Both the position numbers and the translations under genes were made by a program. The notes under the pieces are model-generated. The model did no database searches. It was not told the DNA's origin and saw nothing but the letters and a program-made list of their open reading frames with translations. Shown here piece after piece: positions 7,013 to 15,995 of a stretch of DNA of 32,000 bases. Origin of the DNA: Dubosiella newyorkensis (lineage in GTDB: Bacteria; Bacillota_I; Bacilli_A; Erysipelotrichales; Erysipelotrichaceae); assembly GCF_001945605.1 (NCBI RefSeq), contig NZ_MPKA01000139.1, forward strand, positions 32,265 through 64,264, read 5' to 3'. Positions within the stretch are counted from its first letter, which is position 1; each line of letters begins with the position of its first letter.

Positions 7013-7306
7013 ATGGCAGAAGATAAAATCATCAAAGACAATTCAAAAGAAGATCTTGAAGCGATGGAAGCATTCGATACGGCAGTTCAATTAGAACCAA
7101 AGACCGATGTTTGGGTATGCACAGTATGTGGATGGATGTATGATCCAAAATTAGGATTGCCAGCAAAAGGAATCGAACCAGGAACAAGCTTTGAAGACCT
7201 TCCATACGATTTTGTATGTCCACTATGTCACGCGCCAAAATCCGATTTTGTGATGAAAGTCGAAGTCAATCCAGACGATGGCGGTGAATCGATCACGAAC
7301 GCGTAG
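7013..7306 (+). CDS. Rubredoxin-domain protein
   Basis: [47 protein letters not shown] carries both CxxC pairs and the rubredoxin core. There are extra stretches of ~33 aa at the N-terminus and ~17 aa at the C-terminus. The RBS is AAAGGAG. Confidence 0.9.
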   Translation: MAEDKIIKDNSKEDLEAMEAFDTAVQLEPKTDVWVCTVCGWMYDPKLGLPAKGIEPGTSFEDLPYDFVCPLCHAPKSDFVMKVEVNPDDGGESITNA

Positions 7307-7344
7307 TAAAAAAAAGAAAAATAATCAATTTCATGTTTCTTTCT

Positions 7345-7377
7345 AGACGTCATTCCTTGAGTTGACGTCTTTTTTTA
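7345..7377 (+). terminator. Rho-independent terminator (rubredoxin gene)
   Basis: AGACGTCA (7345-7352) pairs with TGACGTCT (7363-7370) and a T7 run follows. Confidence 0.7.
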
Positions 7378-7404
7378 ATAAAAAAACCAGCACGAGGCTG
7401 GTTT
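7378..7404 (-). terminator. Rho-independent terminator (minus-strand 90-aa gene)
   Basis: AACCAGC (7385-7391) pairs with GCTGGTT (7397-7403). On the minus strand a T-run follows (complement of the A-run 7378-7386). Confidence 0.6.
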
Positions 7405-7419
7405 AGATCAAACGATCCC

Positions 7420-7692
7420 TTATTTTTCCATGTCTTCTACGACTTTTAAGGCTTTTTCCAACAAAGCGATTTTATCGGCTTCTACTTGAGCGGCTTTTTC
7501 ATCGCCGTTTTCTTTATGGCGTTTTTCCCAGCCCTTTAAAGAACCAATGCGATCATCGATGCGGTCTTTACTGTTTTGAGCGTATTTTCCAGTGGATTCA
7601 TAATGCTCTACAAGATCGGCAACGACTTCATCTCCATACTCTGTTTGGCCAATCGCTTTTTTCAAGTTGGCTTCAAAATCTTTTTTGTTCAT
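7420..7692 (-). CDS. Hypothetical small helical, charged protein (90 aa)
   Basis: The ORF has an AGGAGG RBS and its own terminator. It reads MNKKDFEANLKKAIGQTEYGDEVVADLVEHYESTGKYAQ... with no recognisable motif. Confidence 0.7.
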   Translation of the reverse strand: MNKKDFEANLKKAIGQTEYGDEVVADLVEHYESTGKYAQNSKDRIDDRIGSLKGWEKRHKENGDEKAAQVEADKIALLEKALKVVEDMEK

Positions 7693-7859
7693 GGTGAATA
7701 CCTCCTATTGAATGTCAACATTCTAAAATAAAGGATTATAAGAGTAAATTAATTTGACCTTGATAAATCAAGCGTCCTTCTTCTTTCTTTATCAAGCAAG
7801 GCTTTTTCTTTTTTTTAAGCAAGTGCGTATAATATAACCGATTTAAATGGGAGGATCGT

Positions 7860-8852
7860 ATGGCTTTAGAACATTCTTTAGAAAGAATCACCTATATAAA
7901 TAACGGAAAGAAAGAACAACTGCAAGTAGCCGATCTCATCTGGGCGTTCTATCATCAAAATGGACTCTATCTTATCAGCAAAGAACACCATATCTATGTC
8001 TTTGAAATCAACAAAGATAAAGTCGATTCGATTTACGAAGCCCTTCAAAAAAGCAATCCATCGATCTATACAGGCGCATTGAAAGGACATCGCATTGGCC
8101 TTCGCTCTCTTCCCAATACGCGCGATTATGGCGGCATGCAAACTACCGATGGACGCTTTATCCTGCCAAAAAAGCTGATTCGTTCCGGAGAACTCCATAA
8201 AGCATCCAAAGAAGACAAGAAAACGCTCTTAAATGAATACGATCTTAAAACAATTGTTGACCTTCGCTCCGAAGCGGAAAGACTTTTGCAACCCGATCCG
8301 ATCATGCTTCCCGTCATGCATTATGACGATACAGCCCGAGAATTATCTGAACTCGATCTTTTGCAGCACGATCTAAAAGCAAAAGGCATCACAGGCACGC
8401 TCTTTGAAGCAAAAGAACTCATGGAAAAACTCTATGAAGATCTTGTCGTCAGCAAACAAGGAATCAATTGCTATAAGAAGCTGTTTCGGATCTTGCTCGA
8501 CCACGAAGAAGGCGCCTTTCTCTGGCATTGCACCCAAGGAAAAGATCGAACCGGCATTGGCGCGATGCTGATCTTGAGCGCTCTAGGCGTATCCAAAGAA
8601 GACATCTACAAAGACTATGAACAAAGCTCCTTATATTTAAAAGGGCAAAAAGAAGACTTGCTGCTGAAGTGCGAAAAACACCCCGAATGGAAAGAAGGAG
8701 TCGATGCCTGGTGCGAAGCCAAAAAGAAATACCTAGACATCGCCTATGAAAACATCAAAGACGCCTACGGAAGCGTCGATCGCTATTTGAAAGAAGCGCT
8801 CGAACTCAGCCAAGAAGATATCACCACACTACAAGACCGTTTGCTTGTATAA
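7860..8852 (+). CDS. Protein-tyrosine phosphatase (Y_phosphatase3 family) with an extra ~80-aa N-terminal domain
   Basis: NTRDYGG (family NxRDxGG motif) and the CX5R P-loop HCTQGKDRTG are present. The RBS is GGGAGGA. Confidence 0.85.
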   Translation: MALEHSLERITYINNGKKEQLQVADLIWAFYHQNGLYLISKEHHIYVFEINKDKVDSIYEALQKSNPSIYTGALKGHRIGLRSLPNTRDYGGMQTTDGRFILPKKLIRSGELHKASKEDKKTLLNEYDLKTIVDLRSEAERLLQPDPIMLPVMHYDDTARELSELDLLQHDLKAKGITGTLFEAKELMEKLYEDLVVSKQGINCYKKLFRILLDHEEGAFLWHCTQGKDRTGIGAMLILSALGVSKEDIYKDYEQSSLYLKGQKEDLLLKCEKHPEWKEGVDAWCEAKKKYLDIAYENIKDAYGSVDRYLKEALELSQEDITTLQDRLLV

Positions 8853-8879
8853 AAGTTATATAACACCTATAACAAATAA

Positions 8880-9199
8880 GGGGGCTTATGGATTGCGAAT
8901 ACTCTATATAAATGGTAGTTTATTAACAGAGCTAGACAGCGAAACGATTAAATTCTAAGATTAAGCCCTTCAAAGACAGTCTACCTAAATAATATTGAGT
9001 GGATTTTAATTTGGACATGGGAGTTCTTGGTGTATTAAAAATATAGATCGAATTGGAATCAATAAGGGGAAATCGTGGATTTAATAACGGGGATGTTTGC
9101 GCCAGCTTAGAAAATGGAACTTGCAGTTTTCGTTTCAATTCGAATATAGACTGTCGGAAAACACTTTCCAAATTCGAAGACCCGAAAGGGTCTTTTTTT
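8880..9199 (+). ncRNA. Candidate ~320-nt non-coding transcript or long structured 3' UTR (family unknown)
   Basis: A promoter-like TTGTAT (8845-8850), 17-nt spacer and TATAAC (8868-8873) overlap the phosphatase stop. No ORF longer than 11 aa with ATG and an RBS is present. Nested long-range pairings are GACAGTCTA 8975-8983 with TAGACTGTC 9147-9155, and TCGAATTGGAAT 9048-9059 with GTTTCAATTCGA 9132-9143. The region ends at the 9178-9199 terminator. Confidence 0.25.
9178..9199 (+). terminator. Rho-independent terminator
   Basis: AGACCC - GAAA - GGGTCT followed by a T7 run. Confidence 0.7.
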
Positions 9200-9204
9200 G
9201 ATGC

Positions 9205-9232
9205 AAAAAAGCTTGAGATCCACTCAAGCTTT
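9205..9232 (-). terminator. Rho-independent terminator of thiT
   Basis: AAGCTTGAG (9209-9217) pairs with CTCAAGCTT (9224-9232), overlapping the thiT stop codon. A T-run follows on the minus strand. Confidence 0.6.
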
Positions 9233-9745
9233 CAACGTTTTCTTCAATACAGGCTCCAAAGCTTTATACAATAAAGGAACCAAAACCAAACCAAGGATCA
9301 GAGTTGGCAACATATAGGAAGCGTTGTAAGTGATCGAAGCCCACAATGGCGTTTCCCAACAAACGATCCCGCTGATCGTGCTCGAAACAAAACGAATCAA
9401 ATTTGTGATCAGCACACCCGAATAAAAATACCCAAAATTAGGAAACAAGCACGCCAAACCATACACGCTAAAGCCAATAAAGTAATCCAGTAAAAAACCT
9501 AACAAATTCGGCGTGTACATTGGACCTGTCACAAATTGAGCGAACACGCTCAAGATCGATACCACAAGCCCTTTCTTCCAGCCAAGCTGATAGCTTGCCA
9601 TCAACAAGGCGATCGTCGAGATCCCCAAGCTGCCGCCATTAGGCATCTGAAAAAGAGGAAGCGCGTTGACAAAAGTATCCAACACCATGAACAAAGCCAC
9701 ATAAAACGCCATTAACACCAATTCTCTGACCGATAGATTTTTCAT
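9224..9745 (-). CDS. thiT: ECF-transporter S component for thiamine (ThiT-like)
   Basis: The ORF starts MKNLSVRELVLMAFYVALFMVLD and has 6 TM helices, 173 aa, with a GGAGG RBS. It lies directly downstream of a TPP riboswitch. The longer ORF-track version (to 9877) runs through the riboswitch. Confidence 0.85.
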   Translation of the reverse strand: MKNLSVRELVLMAFYVALFMVLDTFVNALPLFQMPNGGSLGISTIALLMASYQLGWKKGLVVSILSVFAQFVTGPMYTPNLLGFLLDYFIGFSVYGLACLFPNFGYFYSGVLITNLIRFVSSTISGIVCWETPLWASITYNASYMLPTLILGLVLVPLLYKALEPVLKKTLKA

Positions 9746-9749
9746 AAAA

Positions 9750-9868
9750 AAACACCTCCGTTTACGAGGCGTAGGAAAAAAATAGAGACTCCCTACGCTA
9801 GTATTATCTAGATCAGGTCGAAGGGACCGCATACGCATCTCAGCCTTTCGGCGCCCCTGTCTTGACAC
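9750..9868 (-). promoter_or_regulatory. TPP (THI-box) riboswitch with expression platform
   Basis: The minus strand reads CAGGGGCGCCGAAAGGCUGAGAUGCGUAUGCGGUCCCUUCGACCUGAUCUAGAUAAUACUAGCGUAGGGAG, which contains the CUGAGA and ACCUGAUCUAGAUAAUACUAGCGUAGGGA signatures. Downstream, GCCUC can pair with the SD GAGGU and is followed by U7. Confidence 0.85.
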
Positions 9869-9898
9869 GAACATCATACCATAAAAAAAGAAAAATAG

Positions 9899-9929
9899 AT
9901 AAAAAAAATAAACCAGCCAAGCTGGTTAA
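9899..9929 (-). terminator. Rho-independent terminator (metallophosphoesterase gene)
   Basis: AACCAGC (9911-9917) pairs with GCTGGTT (9921-9927) around a 3-nt loop. A long T-run follows on the minus strand. Confidence 0.6.
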
Positions 9930-9938
9930 AAAAGAAGA

Positions 9939-10790
9939 TCAACGAGAAAAAACAAGATAAATGATTTCCGGCTTCGAATTGAGCCGCGCATTGACTTTGA
10001 TACACCCCGTACCACTCGAAATCATATAAGGAAAAGAAAGCTTGGCACCATCCGCCCGATTGAGCTTTTCATTGCCAGGCCATTTACGATAGCCACCATA
10101 AATCGGATACATGATCTGGGTCCCATGCGAATTGCCCGCGATCCCCAACGAAATACTATGCCCCTTCAAAGAATCATCTAAAAAAGGATCGGCATAATGA
10201 GAAACTAATAAATTATAGGTTTGATCCCCAATCCCCGTCAAAGCCTGCTCCATATTTGGATCCGGATACAATCCGATCAGCTCGATCCCTTGCGAAGATC
10301 GATTCGTGATCAGCCGATTCGTGTTGTTCAAAACTTCGAACTGCGCCTGATGATAAATATCATTCACCTGCTGCAAGCGCTCTTCATTGATCAGATCTTG
10401 TTCGCCAAGGACCGCGAATTTTCCCAACGGCGCGTCGATCGCCGAAAGGCGGGCAATCATATCCGCTTTCGCTTCCTCGCTCACCGTATAATTTTCCGCA
10501 AGCAGATCGCCGCCAAAAATAAAAATATCCGCATGCAGATCGTTCAGCTTTTTGAACAAACGATCCACCCGCCCTTTATTTTCAAAAGCGCCATATTCTA
10601 GATCCGTAAAATACGCGATCGAAACATCCTTCATTTCATCGGGGATTTTCTTTTCTTTGATCATTTTATATTGGATCACCACTTCATTGGGATCGACATA
10701 GATCGCGCGATACAAAGAGAAACAAATCGTCATCATACACACGCTCAAGCACGCAACGATCACAAATAAAATCTTCTGTAGTTTCGTCAT
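9939..10790 (-). CDS. Membrane-anchored metallophosphoesterase (calcineurin-like, YkuE-type)
   Basis: The likely start is MTKLQKILFVIVACLSVCMMTICF (TM anchor). Motifs are YFTDLEYG, FIFGGDL and GNSHGTQ. The upstream 31 codons of the tracked ORF overlap the rnj 3' end and are probably not translated. Confidence 0.8.
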   Translation of the reverse strand: MTKLQKILFVIVACLSVCMMTICFSLYRAIYVDPNEVVIQYKMIKEKKIPDEMKDVSIAYFTDLEYGAFENKGRVDRLFKKLNDLHADIFIFGGDLLAENYTVSEEAKADMIARLSAIDAPLGKFAVLGEQDLINEERLQQVNDIYHQAQFEVLNNTNRLITNRSSQGIELIGLYPDPNMEQALTGIGDQTYNLLVSHYADPFLDDSLKGHSISLGIAGNSHGTQIMYPIYGGYRKWPGNEKLNRADGAKLSFPYMISSGTGCIKVNARLNSKPEIIYLVFSR

Positions 10791-10821
10791 ACACCAAATT
10801 TTATCATAAAAAAGAGAAGAA

Positions 10822-12654
10822 TTATTTTTCTTCTCTTTCAATATGCTCTTTTTTTGTATGGATCGGACGTTTGGAACGCGCATGCGCCGTCCGCTTTTTC
10901 GTCAGCTCTTCCATCGTCTGCTTTGAATTCAAGATCACAGGGATGACGATCGGATTTCGCTTCGTCTTCTTATACAAGAAAGGCTCAAGCGTCGAACGAA
11001 TACAATTCTTGATCTCCGAGAACGTCGTTTTCTCCTTCATCTTTTCCTGCAAAGAAGCGTTCACGATAAATTCAGCCTCCTTGATTAGCGATTGCGAATC
11101 TTTAATAAAGACGAAACCGCGCGAAACGATGATCGGACGCGATAAGATCTTGTTTTCCTTCGAATCGATCGCGATCACGACCGCCACAAGACCATTGTCC
11201 GCCAAAATACGACGATCCTTCAACACAGCCGTCGAAAGACCCGTAATATCGTTTCCATCGACATAGATATCATCGCCTTGATAACGCCAGTCGCTTTGAA
11301 GCACCTCATGATTGCGCAAGATCAAAATATCTCCATTCGCGCACACGAAGATCTTATTCGGATCCATTCCCGTATCGATAGCGGTTTGCCGATGCTGCAT
11401 GAGCATCTTGAACTCGCCATGGATCGGCATAAAATAACGAGGCTTGATCAACTGAAGCATGAGCTTTTGCTCTTCACGCGAAGCATGCCCCGTCGTATGC
11501 AGGTTCGTCAAGACCGAACGCGACAAAACCGTCGCCCCAGAACGGAACAGCTTATCGATGATCTTGTTGACACTAGCCGTATTGCCAGGAATCGGATTAG
11601 ACGAGAAGACGACCGTATCGCTTGGCTTCAAATGAATATGCCGATGCGTGCCCGAAGCGATCCGAGACAAAGCCGCCAAAGGCTCGCCTTGAGAACCTGT
11701 ACATAAAATACAAACCTCCGAATCTGGCGTATGCGCAAGCTGGTCTGGGGAAAGAAGATCCGAATTCTTGATCTTGATCACACCCATCTTACGCCCGATA
11801 TCCACGACATTCTCCATGCTTCTTCCAAAGACAGCCACTTTACGATGACATTTCAAAGCCGCCTCGATGATTTGATTCACACGATAGACATTAGAAGCGA
11901 ACGTCGCGATAATGATCCGATGCTTGGCGTTGCGCATGATCTCCAACAACTCATTGGCGACATCCTTTTCCGAAATAGAGAATTCCTCAACCCCTGAATT
12001 CGTCGAATCCGACATTAAAAGATCTGGCTGCATCACGCCAATATACGCCATTTTTTGATAATCGGCATTCGTGCCGATCGGCGTCAAGTCAAACTTGAAA
12101 TCGCCAGTATGGACGATCGAACCATTTGGCGTCGTGATCAAGACCCCTAAAGAATCCGGGATCGAGTGGATCGTATTAAAGAAGCCCACCGTAAAATAAC
12201 GAGTCTTAATGGAAGAATCCTCATTGATCTCAATGATCGGAACTTTTTCCAATCCTTTGTGTTCACTTAATTTTTTTAGAATGAGCGCTTTGGCAAACCG
12301 AGGAGCATAGATCGCGTCGATCTGAACTTGCTTGAGCAAAAATGGAATACCACCAATATGATCTTCGTGACCATGCGTGATCACGAGAAATTTCCGCTTC
12401 TTATTCATACGGATCAAATGGTGATAATCGGGGATCACATAATCGACCCCAAGAAGTTCATCGCCAGGGAACAAGACCCCACAATCGACGATACATATTT
12501 CGTTTTCATACTCATAGCAATACATATTTTTACCAACTTCGCCAAGACCACCCAACGCGTAAATGAGCGTGTCGCCTTTTTGAACTTGGTTTTTATTATG
12601 ATATGTCTTCTTGTTTGTCAAATGCCCCGAATGTTGATTTGATTGTTTTGGCAT
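10822..12654 (-). CDS. rnj: Ribonuclease J
   Basis: The metallo-beta-lactamase/beta-CASP pattern is present: ALGGLGEVGKNMY, HGHEDHIGG, GDFKFD and HTGHAS. Basic extensions of ~25 aa (N-terminal) and ~45 aa (C-terminal) are also present. The RBS is AAGAGG. Confidence 0.9.
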   Translation of the reverse strand: MPKQSNQHSGHLTNKKTYHNKNQVQKGDTLIYALGGLGEVGKNMYCYEYENEICIVDCGVLFPGDELLGVDYVIPDYHHLIRMNKKRKFLVITHGHEDHIGGIPFLLKQVQIDAIYAPRFAKALILKKLSEHKGLEKVPIIEINEDSSIKTRYFTVGFFNTIHSIPDSLGVLITTPNGSIVHTGDFKFDLTPIGTNADYQKMAYIGVMQPDLLMSDSTNSGVEEFSISEKDVANELLEIMRNAKHRIIIATFASNVYRVNQIIEAALKCHRKVAVFGRSMENVVDIGRKMGVIKIKNSDLLSPDQLAHTPDSEVCILCTGSQGEPLAALSRIASGTHRHIHLKPSDTVVFSSNPIPGNTASVNKIIDKLFRSGATVLSRSVLTNLHTTGHASREEQKLMLQLIKPRYFMPIHGEFKMLMQHRQTAIDTGMDPNKIFVCANGDILILRNHEVLQSDWRYQGDDIYVDGNDITGLSTAVLKDRRILADNGLVAVVIAIDSKENKILSRPIIVSRGFVFIKDSQSLIKEAEFIVNASLQEKMKEKTTFSEIKNCIRSTLEPFLYKKTKRNPIVIPVILNSKQTMEELTKKRTAHARSKRPIHTKKEHIEREEK

Positions 12655-12706
12655 TTAAGACCTCTTTCTAAGCAAAAAACCTATTCATATTATACATTAA
12701 AACCAT

Positions 12707-12741
12707 AAAAAAAACAGAAGCTTCAATAGACTTCTGCTTCT
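12707..12741 (-). terminator. Rho-independent terminator of def
   Basis: On the minus strand CAGAAG pairs with CTTCTG across the def stop codon, followed by U8. Confidence 0.55.
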
Positions 12742-13286
12742 GGATCGCTCAAGAACGGATCATTCTTATGAATTCGATCATAATATAAGATCCCCGATAA
12801 ATGATCGATCTCGTGCTGGAGGCAGATCGCCAAAAAACCAGACGCGCTGATCACGATCGACTCATCCCGCAAAAGATCATACGCTCTCACCTTGATCCGC
12901 GCATGCCGATACGAATAGCCTTGATGCTCTTCTTTGACCGAAAGACACCCTTCGCCATGCTCTAAATACGAGTTCTGCACCGATTCCGAAATGATCTTTG
13001 GATTCACGAGCGCGAATTCAATATTTTCTTCCTCATTGTTTGGATCCGGCACGACGACCGCGATCATGTTTTTAGGCACGCCAACTTGGATCGCCGCGAT
13101 CCCGACAGCCGGCTGCAAATTTTCCGCCTCCGCTTTTTCATCATCCTGCGAATCCCGCACATAGGTAAGCATCGCCTCTAACAATTTTCGATCTTCGCTA
13201 GAAAGAGGCAAAGACACAGGTTCGCTTTTTGTCCGGATCAGCGGATCATGATCGCTGATGATCGAATCTACTGTAATTTTCATCAA
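12723..13286 (-). CDS. def: Peptide deformylase
   Basis: GIAAIQVG, EGCLS and HEIDH motifs are present. The RBS is AGGAGG. Confidence 0.9.
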   Translation of the reverse strand: MMKITVDSIISDHDPLIRTKSEPVSLPLSSEDRKLLEAMLTYVRDSQDDEKAEAENLQPAVGIAAIQVGVPKNMIAVVVPDPNNEEENIEFALVNPKIISESVQNSYLEHGEGCLSVKEEHQGYSYRHARIKVRAYDLLRDESIVISASGFLAICLQHEIDHLSGILYYDRIHKNDPFLSDPEAEVY

Positions 13287-13366
13287 TGTAACCTCCTGTA
13301 TATCTTATTGTCAACAACTCACAGCAATAGCCATGAGCCTGTAACTTCAGACATCGCATTCACTTT

Positions 13367-13377
13367 CATATTATAGC
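13367..13377 (-). promoter_or_regulatory. Extended -10 element (TGCTATAAT on the minus strand) upstream of def
   Basis: The complement of ...CATATTATAGCATC... gives GATGCTATAATATG, about 80 nt upstream of the def start. Confidence 0.35.
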
Positions 13378-13561
13378 ATCGCATCCAAAAAAACTCATTG
13401 TTTCCAATGGATTCATAAGTAAAATGTGATAGGCAATATTGAGCAGTGAACCAGACTCGAAAATTGAGTTTTAAAATGACTTTACCCACTCCATCTATGG
13501 ATCTTGACGCTCTTTGATAATGTTTTTGTTTCCTTCCTTCGTTGTGTGATATGATAAATCC

Positions 13562-14833
13562 ATGCCTAGGACTCGAAAAAAAACTTCAAAAAAAGAAGCC
13601 AAATATTTAAAACGGATCAAGCGCAGACAAGCGCTGCGCGATTTTCTCAATGGGATCAGCTTGCGAGAAAATAGCGATCGAACGATCAATATCTGCGTCT
13701 TTTTATTAATGTGTTTTGGAACCGCTATGATCGCTTCTGTTGCAGTGGGGGCGACAAAATCATCGATCATGACCGTCATCAAAGCGATCGTAAAGCAGAT
13801 CAGCTTTTTGCTTGCTTCCTATATCTGTATCGTTTCAGCTAATAAAATCATCACCCTAAAACGCGTATGGCGATTGAGAGCGATGCTTTTATTGATCTTT
13901 GTCGCGCTGATGATCATCCCTTTTGCTTTCCCGGCTATCGGAGGCTCCCACGCTTGGATCCAATTGCCGATCGGAGTCACGTTCCAACCTTCTGAATTTG
14001 GAAAGCCTTTGATCATTTTGTTTACCGCCAGCGCGGTATTTGCCGCCATCCGAAAACGTAAAATGCAAGAATCGTTTTGGAAAATGTTTTCATTTCCGCT
14101 CATCGCCTATGGGATCACATTGATCCTTTTAGTCTTGCAGAAAGACTTTGGAACGCTCATGATCATATCCGGGATCTTTTATTTCTGCTTGATGGTGCCT
14201 AGCTATCCAAAGATCCAAAAAGTCCAAAGGATCGCGACGACCCTTCTTGTGGTCGGGGCGCTGAGCGCCGGGCTCTTGTTCTTTGTCAGCGACATCGGCG
14301 TCAATATGCTCAAACAAACGCCATTGGCCCATATCGCCACCCGCATCGAAAATATGAAAAACCCATTCAATGATATTTATGGAAACGGATATCAACCAGC
14401 GAATTCTTTGTATGGGATCGCCGACAGCAATATTTTTGGAAAAGGCTTTGGGAATTCCTCGCGAAAATATGGGTATTTGACCCAAGCCGACAATGACTAT
14501 ATTTTAGCGGTCACGATCGAAGAAACCGGCATCTTTGGCTTGGGCTTTATCCTCTTGATGTATACCTTGATCGAATATAGACTATTTTATTACGCATTAA
14601 GGACAAGGGATGTCCCCAAAAAAATCATTTTGATCGGGACAGGCGCCTATCTTTTCATGCATTTCGCGCTGAATGTCGGAGGAGTCGGCGCTTTGATCCC
14701 GATGACAGGAATCCCGCTCTTATATATTTCCAGCGGTGGCTCATCGATCTTAGCGATCTCTTTGACGATCGGGGTCGCACAACAATGCATCTCTCGTATC
14801 CGCGAACAAGAAATGAAAGGAGAATTCAAATGA
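13562..14833 (+). CDS. SEDS-family peptidoglycan polymerase (FtsW/RodA/SpoVE)
   Basis: The protein has about 10 TM helices and the motifs QPSEFGKPL and DNDYILAVTIEETG, with a basic N-terminal tail. The start codon is uncertain because there is no clear SD. Confidence 0.85.
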   Translation: MPRTRKKTSKKEAKYLKRIKRRQALRDFLNGISLRENSDRTINICVFLLMCFGTAMIASVAVGATKSSIMTVIKAIVKQISFLLASYICIVSANKIITLKRVWRLRAMLLLIFVALMIIPFAFPAIGGSHAWIQLPIGVTFQPSEFGKPLIILFTASAVFAAIRKRKMQESFWKMFSFPLIAYGITLILLVLQKDFGTLMIISGIFYFCLMVPSYPKIQKVQRIATTLLVVGALSAGLLFFVSDIGVNMLKQTPLAHIATRIENMKNPFNDIYGNGYQPANSLYGIADSNIFGKGFGNSSRKYGYLTQADNDYILAVTIEETGIFGLGFILLMYTLIEYRLFYYALRTRDVPKKIILIGTGAYLFMHFALNVGGVGALIPMTGIPLLYISSGGSSILAISLTIGVAQQCISRIREQEMKGEFK

Positions 14834-15303
14834 GAGCCGCCTTTTGCGGAAGCTTTGATCCGCCAACCTTAGGCCATCTCGATATTATCGAGCGCGCGAG
14901 CACACTTTTTGATGAGCTGATCGTTTTAGTCGCCACCAATTCATCAAAAAGTTCCATGTTTTCCATGGAGCAGCGGCTCGCCTGGCTTCGAGAAGCTTGC
15001 CAAGACTTGCCCAACGTCACCTGCAAGATCCAAAAAGGACTGATTGTTCAAGCCTGCCAAGAACACGAGATTCATGTTCTCGTACGCGGCATCCGCAACG
15101 AACAAGACTGCGCCTATGAACAAAACATGGCCTTTATGAACGCCTATCTAGACCCAAACATAGAGACGATCTGCCTATTTACCAAACCAGAATATGACTT
15201 GTTTTCGAGCTCGAACGTTCGGGAACTCTTAAAATACCACCAAAACATTCAGCCTTTTGTGCCTGCTTGCGTATTCAAAAGCTTAGAAAAGGAGAGAACA
15301 TGA
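14830..15303 (+). CDS. coaD: Phosphopantetheine adenylyltransferase
   Basis: MRAAFCGSFDPPTLGHLDIIERA carries the (T/H)xGH nucleotidyltransferase motif. ATGA overlap with the upstream stop. Confidence 0.9.
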   Translation: MRAAFCGSFDPPTLGHLDIIERASTLFDELIVLVATNSSKSSMFSMEQRLAWLREACQDLPNVTCKIQKGLIVQACQEHEIHVLVRGIRNEQDCAYEQNMAFMNAYLDPNIETICLFTKPEYDLFSSSNVRELLKYHQNIQPFVPACVFKSLEKERT

Positions 15304-15983
15304 AAACATTGACAGAATGGATGGAAGCGCATGGTTATCATGTCAACGATCCAAAAATCTATAAAGAAGCGTGTACGCACTCCTCGTACGCAAATGAACA
15401 CCATAAAGGAGAAGACGACAACGAACGCCTGGAATTCATGGGGGATGCCGTCTTGCAGATCTGGAGCGCGCAGCAGCTCTTTGAAATGCGCCCCAAAATG
15501 CGTGAAGGAAAAATGACCACCTTGCGCGCCCAAACCGTATGCGAAGCCACCCTCGCTCACTTGAACGAGCAGCTTGGCTGGTATAAATACTTACTGCTAG
15601 GAGTCGGCGAAGAAAAATCCGGAGGGCGCAAGCGCGCCAGCATCTTGGCCGATCATTTTGAGGCGTGTATCGGAGCCGTCTATCTAGATCAAGGCTACGA
15701 GGCCGTCGACTCGATCCTTCAAAAAGTGATGAAACCCGTATTCAAAGAAGAAAAAGGCGATGAAGTCACCGACTACAAGACCCACCTGCAAGAAGTCGTC
15801 CAAGCCGATACGCGCAAGACGATCCAATACAAGCTCATCGAAGAAGTTGGTCCAAGCAACGCGCCGACCTTCACGATGGGCGTATATCTCGACGATATTT
15901 GTTTAGGCGTAGGTGTAAGCAGCACCAAAAAGAAAGCCGAACAAATGGCCGCCAAAGATGCCTTCGAGAAAATGGCACGCTAA
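15300..15983 (+). CDS. rnc: Ribonuclease III
   Basis: The signature NERLEFMGDAVL is present, with a C-terminal dsRBD (KTHLQEVVQ...KKKAEQMAAKDAFEKM). ATGA overlap with the coaD stop. Confidence 0.9.
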   Translation: MKTLTEWMEAHGYHVNDPKIYKEACTHSSYANEHHKGEDDNERLEFMGDAVLQIWSAQQLFEMRPKMREGKMTTLRAQTVCEATLAHLNEQLGWYKYLLLGVGEEKSGGRKRASILADHFEACIGAVYLDQGYEAVDSILQKVMKPVFKEEKGDEVTDYKTHLQEVVQADTRKTIQYKLIEEVGPSNAPTFTMGVYLDDICLGVGVSSTKKKAEQMAAKDAFEKMAR

Positions 15984-15995
15984 GAAAGGGGAACG

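Noticed and set aside
8880-8905. The 5' sequence GGGGGCTTATGGATTGCGAAT resembles the tmRNA (ssrA) 5' end (GGGG-N6-GGAUUCGAC).
   Set aside because: There is no matching 3' acceptor or T-arm (…GGTTCGA.TCC…CTCCACCA) anywhere in 8880-9230. No tag-peptide reading frame ending in the usual ALAA-type codons is present. The region ends in an intrinsic terminator instead.
9746-9877. The N-terminal 44-codon extension of the thiT ORF in the track (start at 9877).
   Set aside because: The extension is the TPP riboswitch aptamer read as protein. A GGAGG RBS and ATG at 9745 give a normal-length S component.
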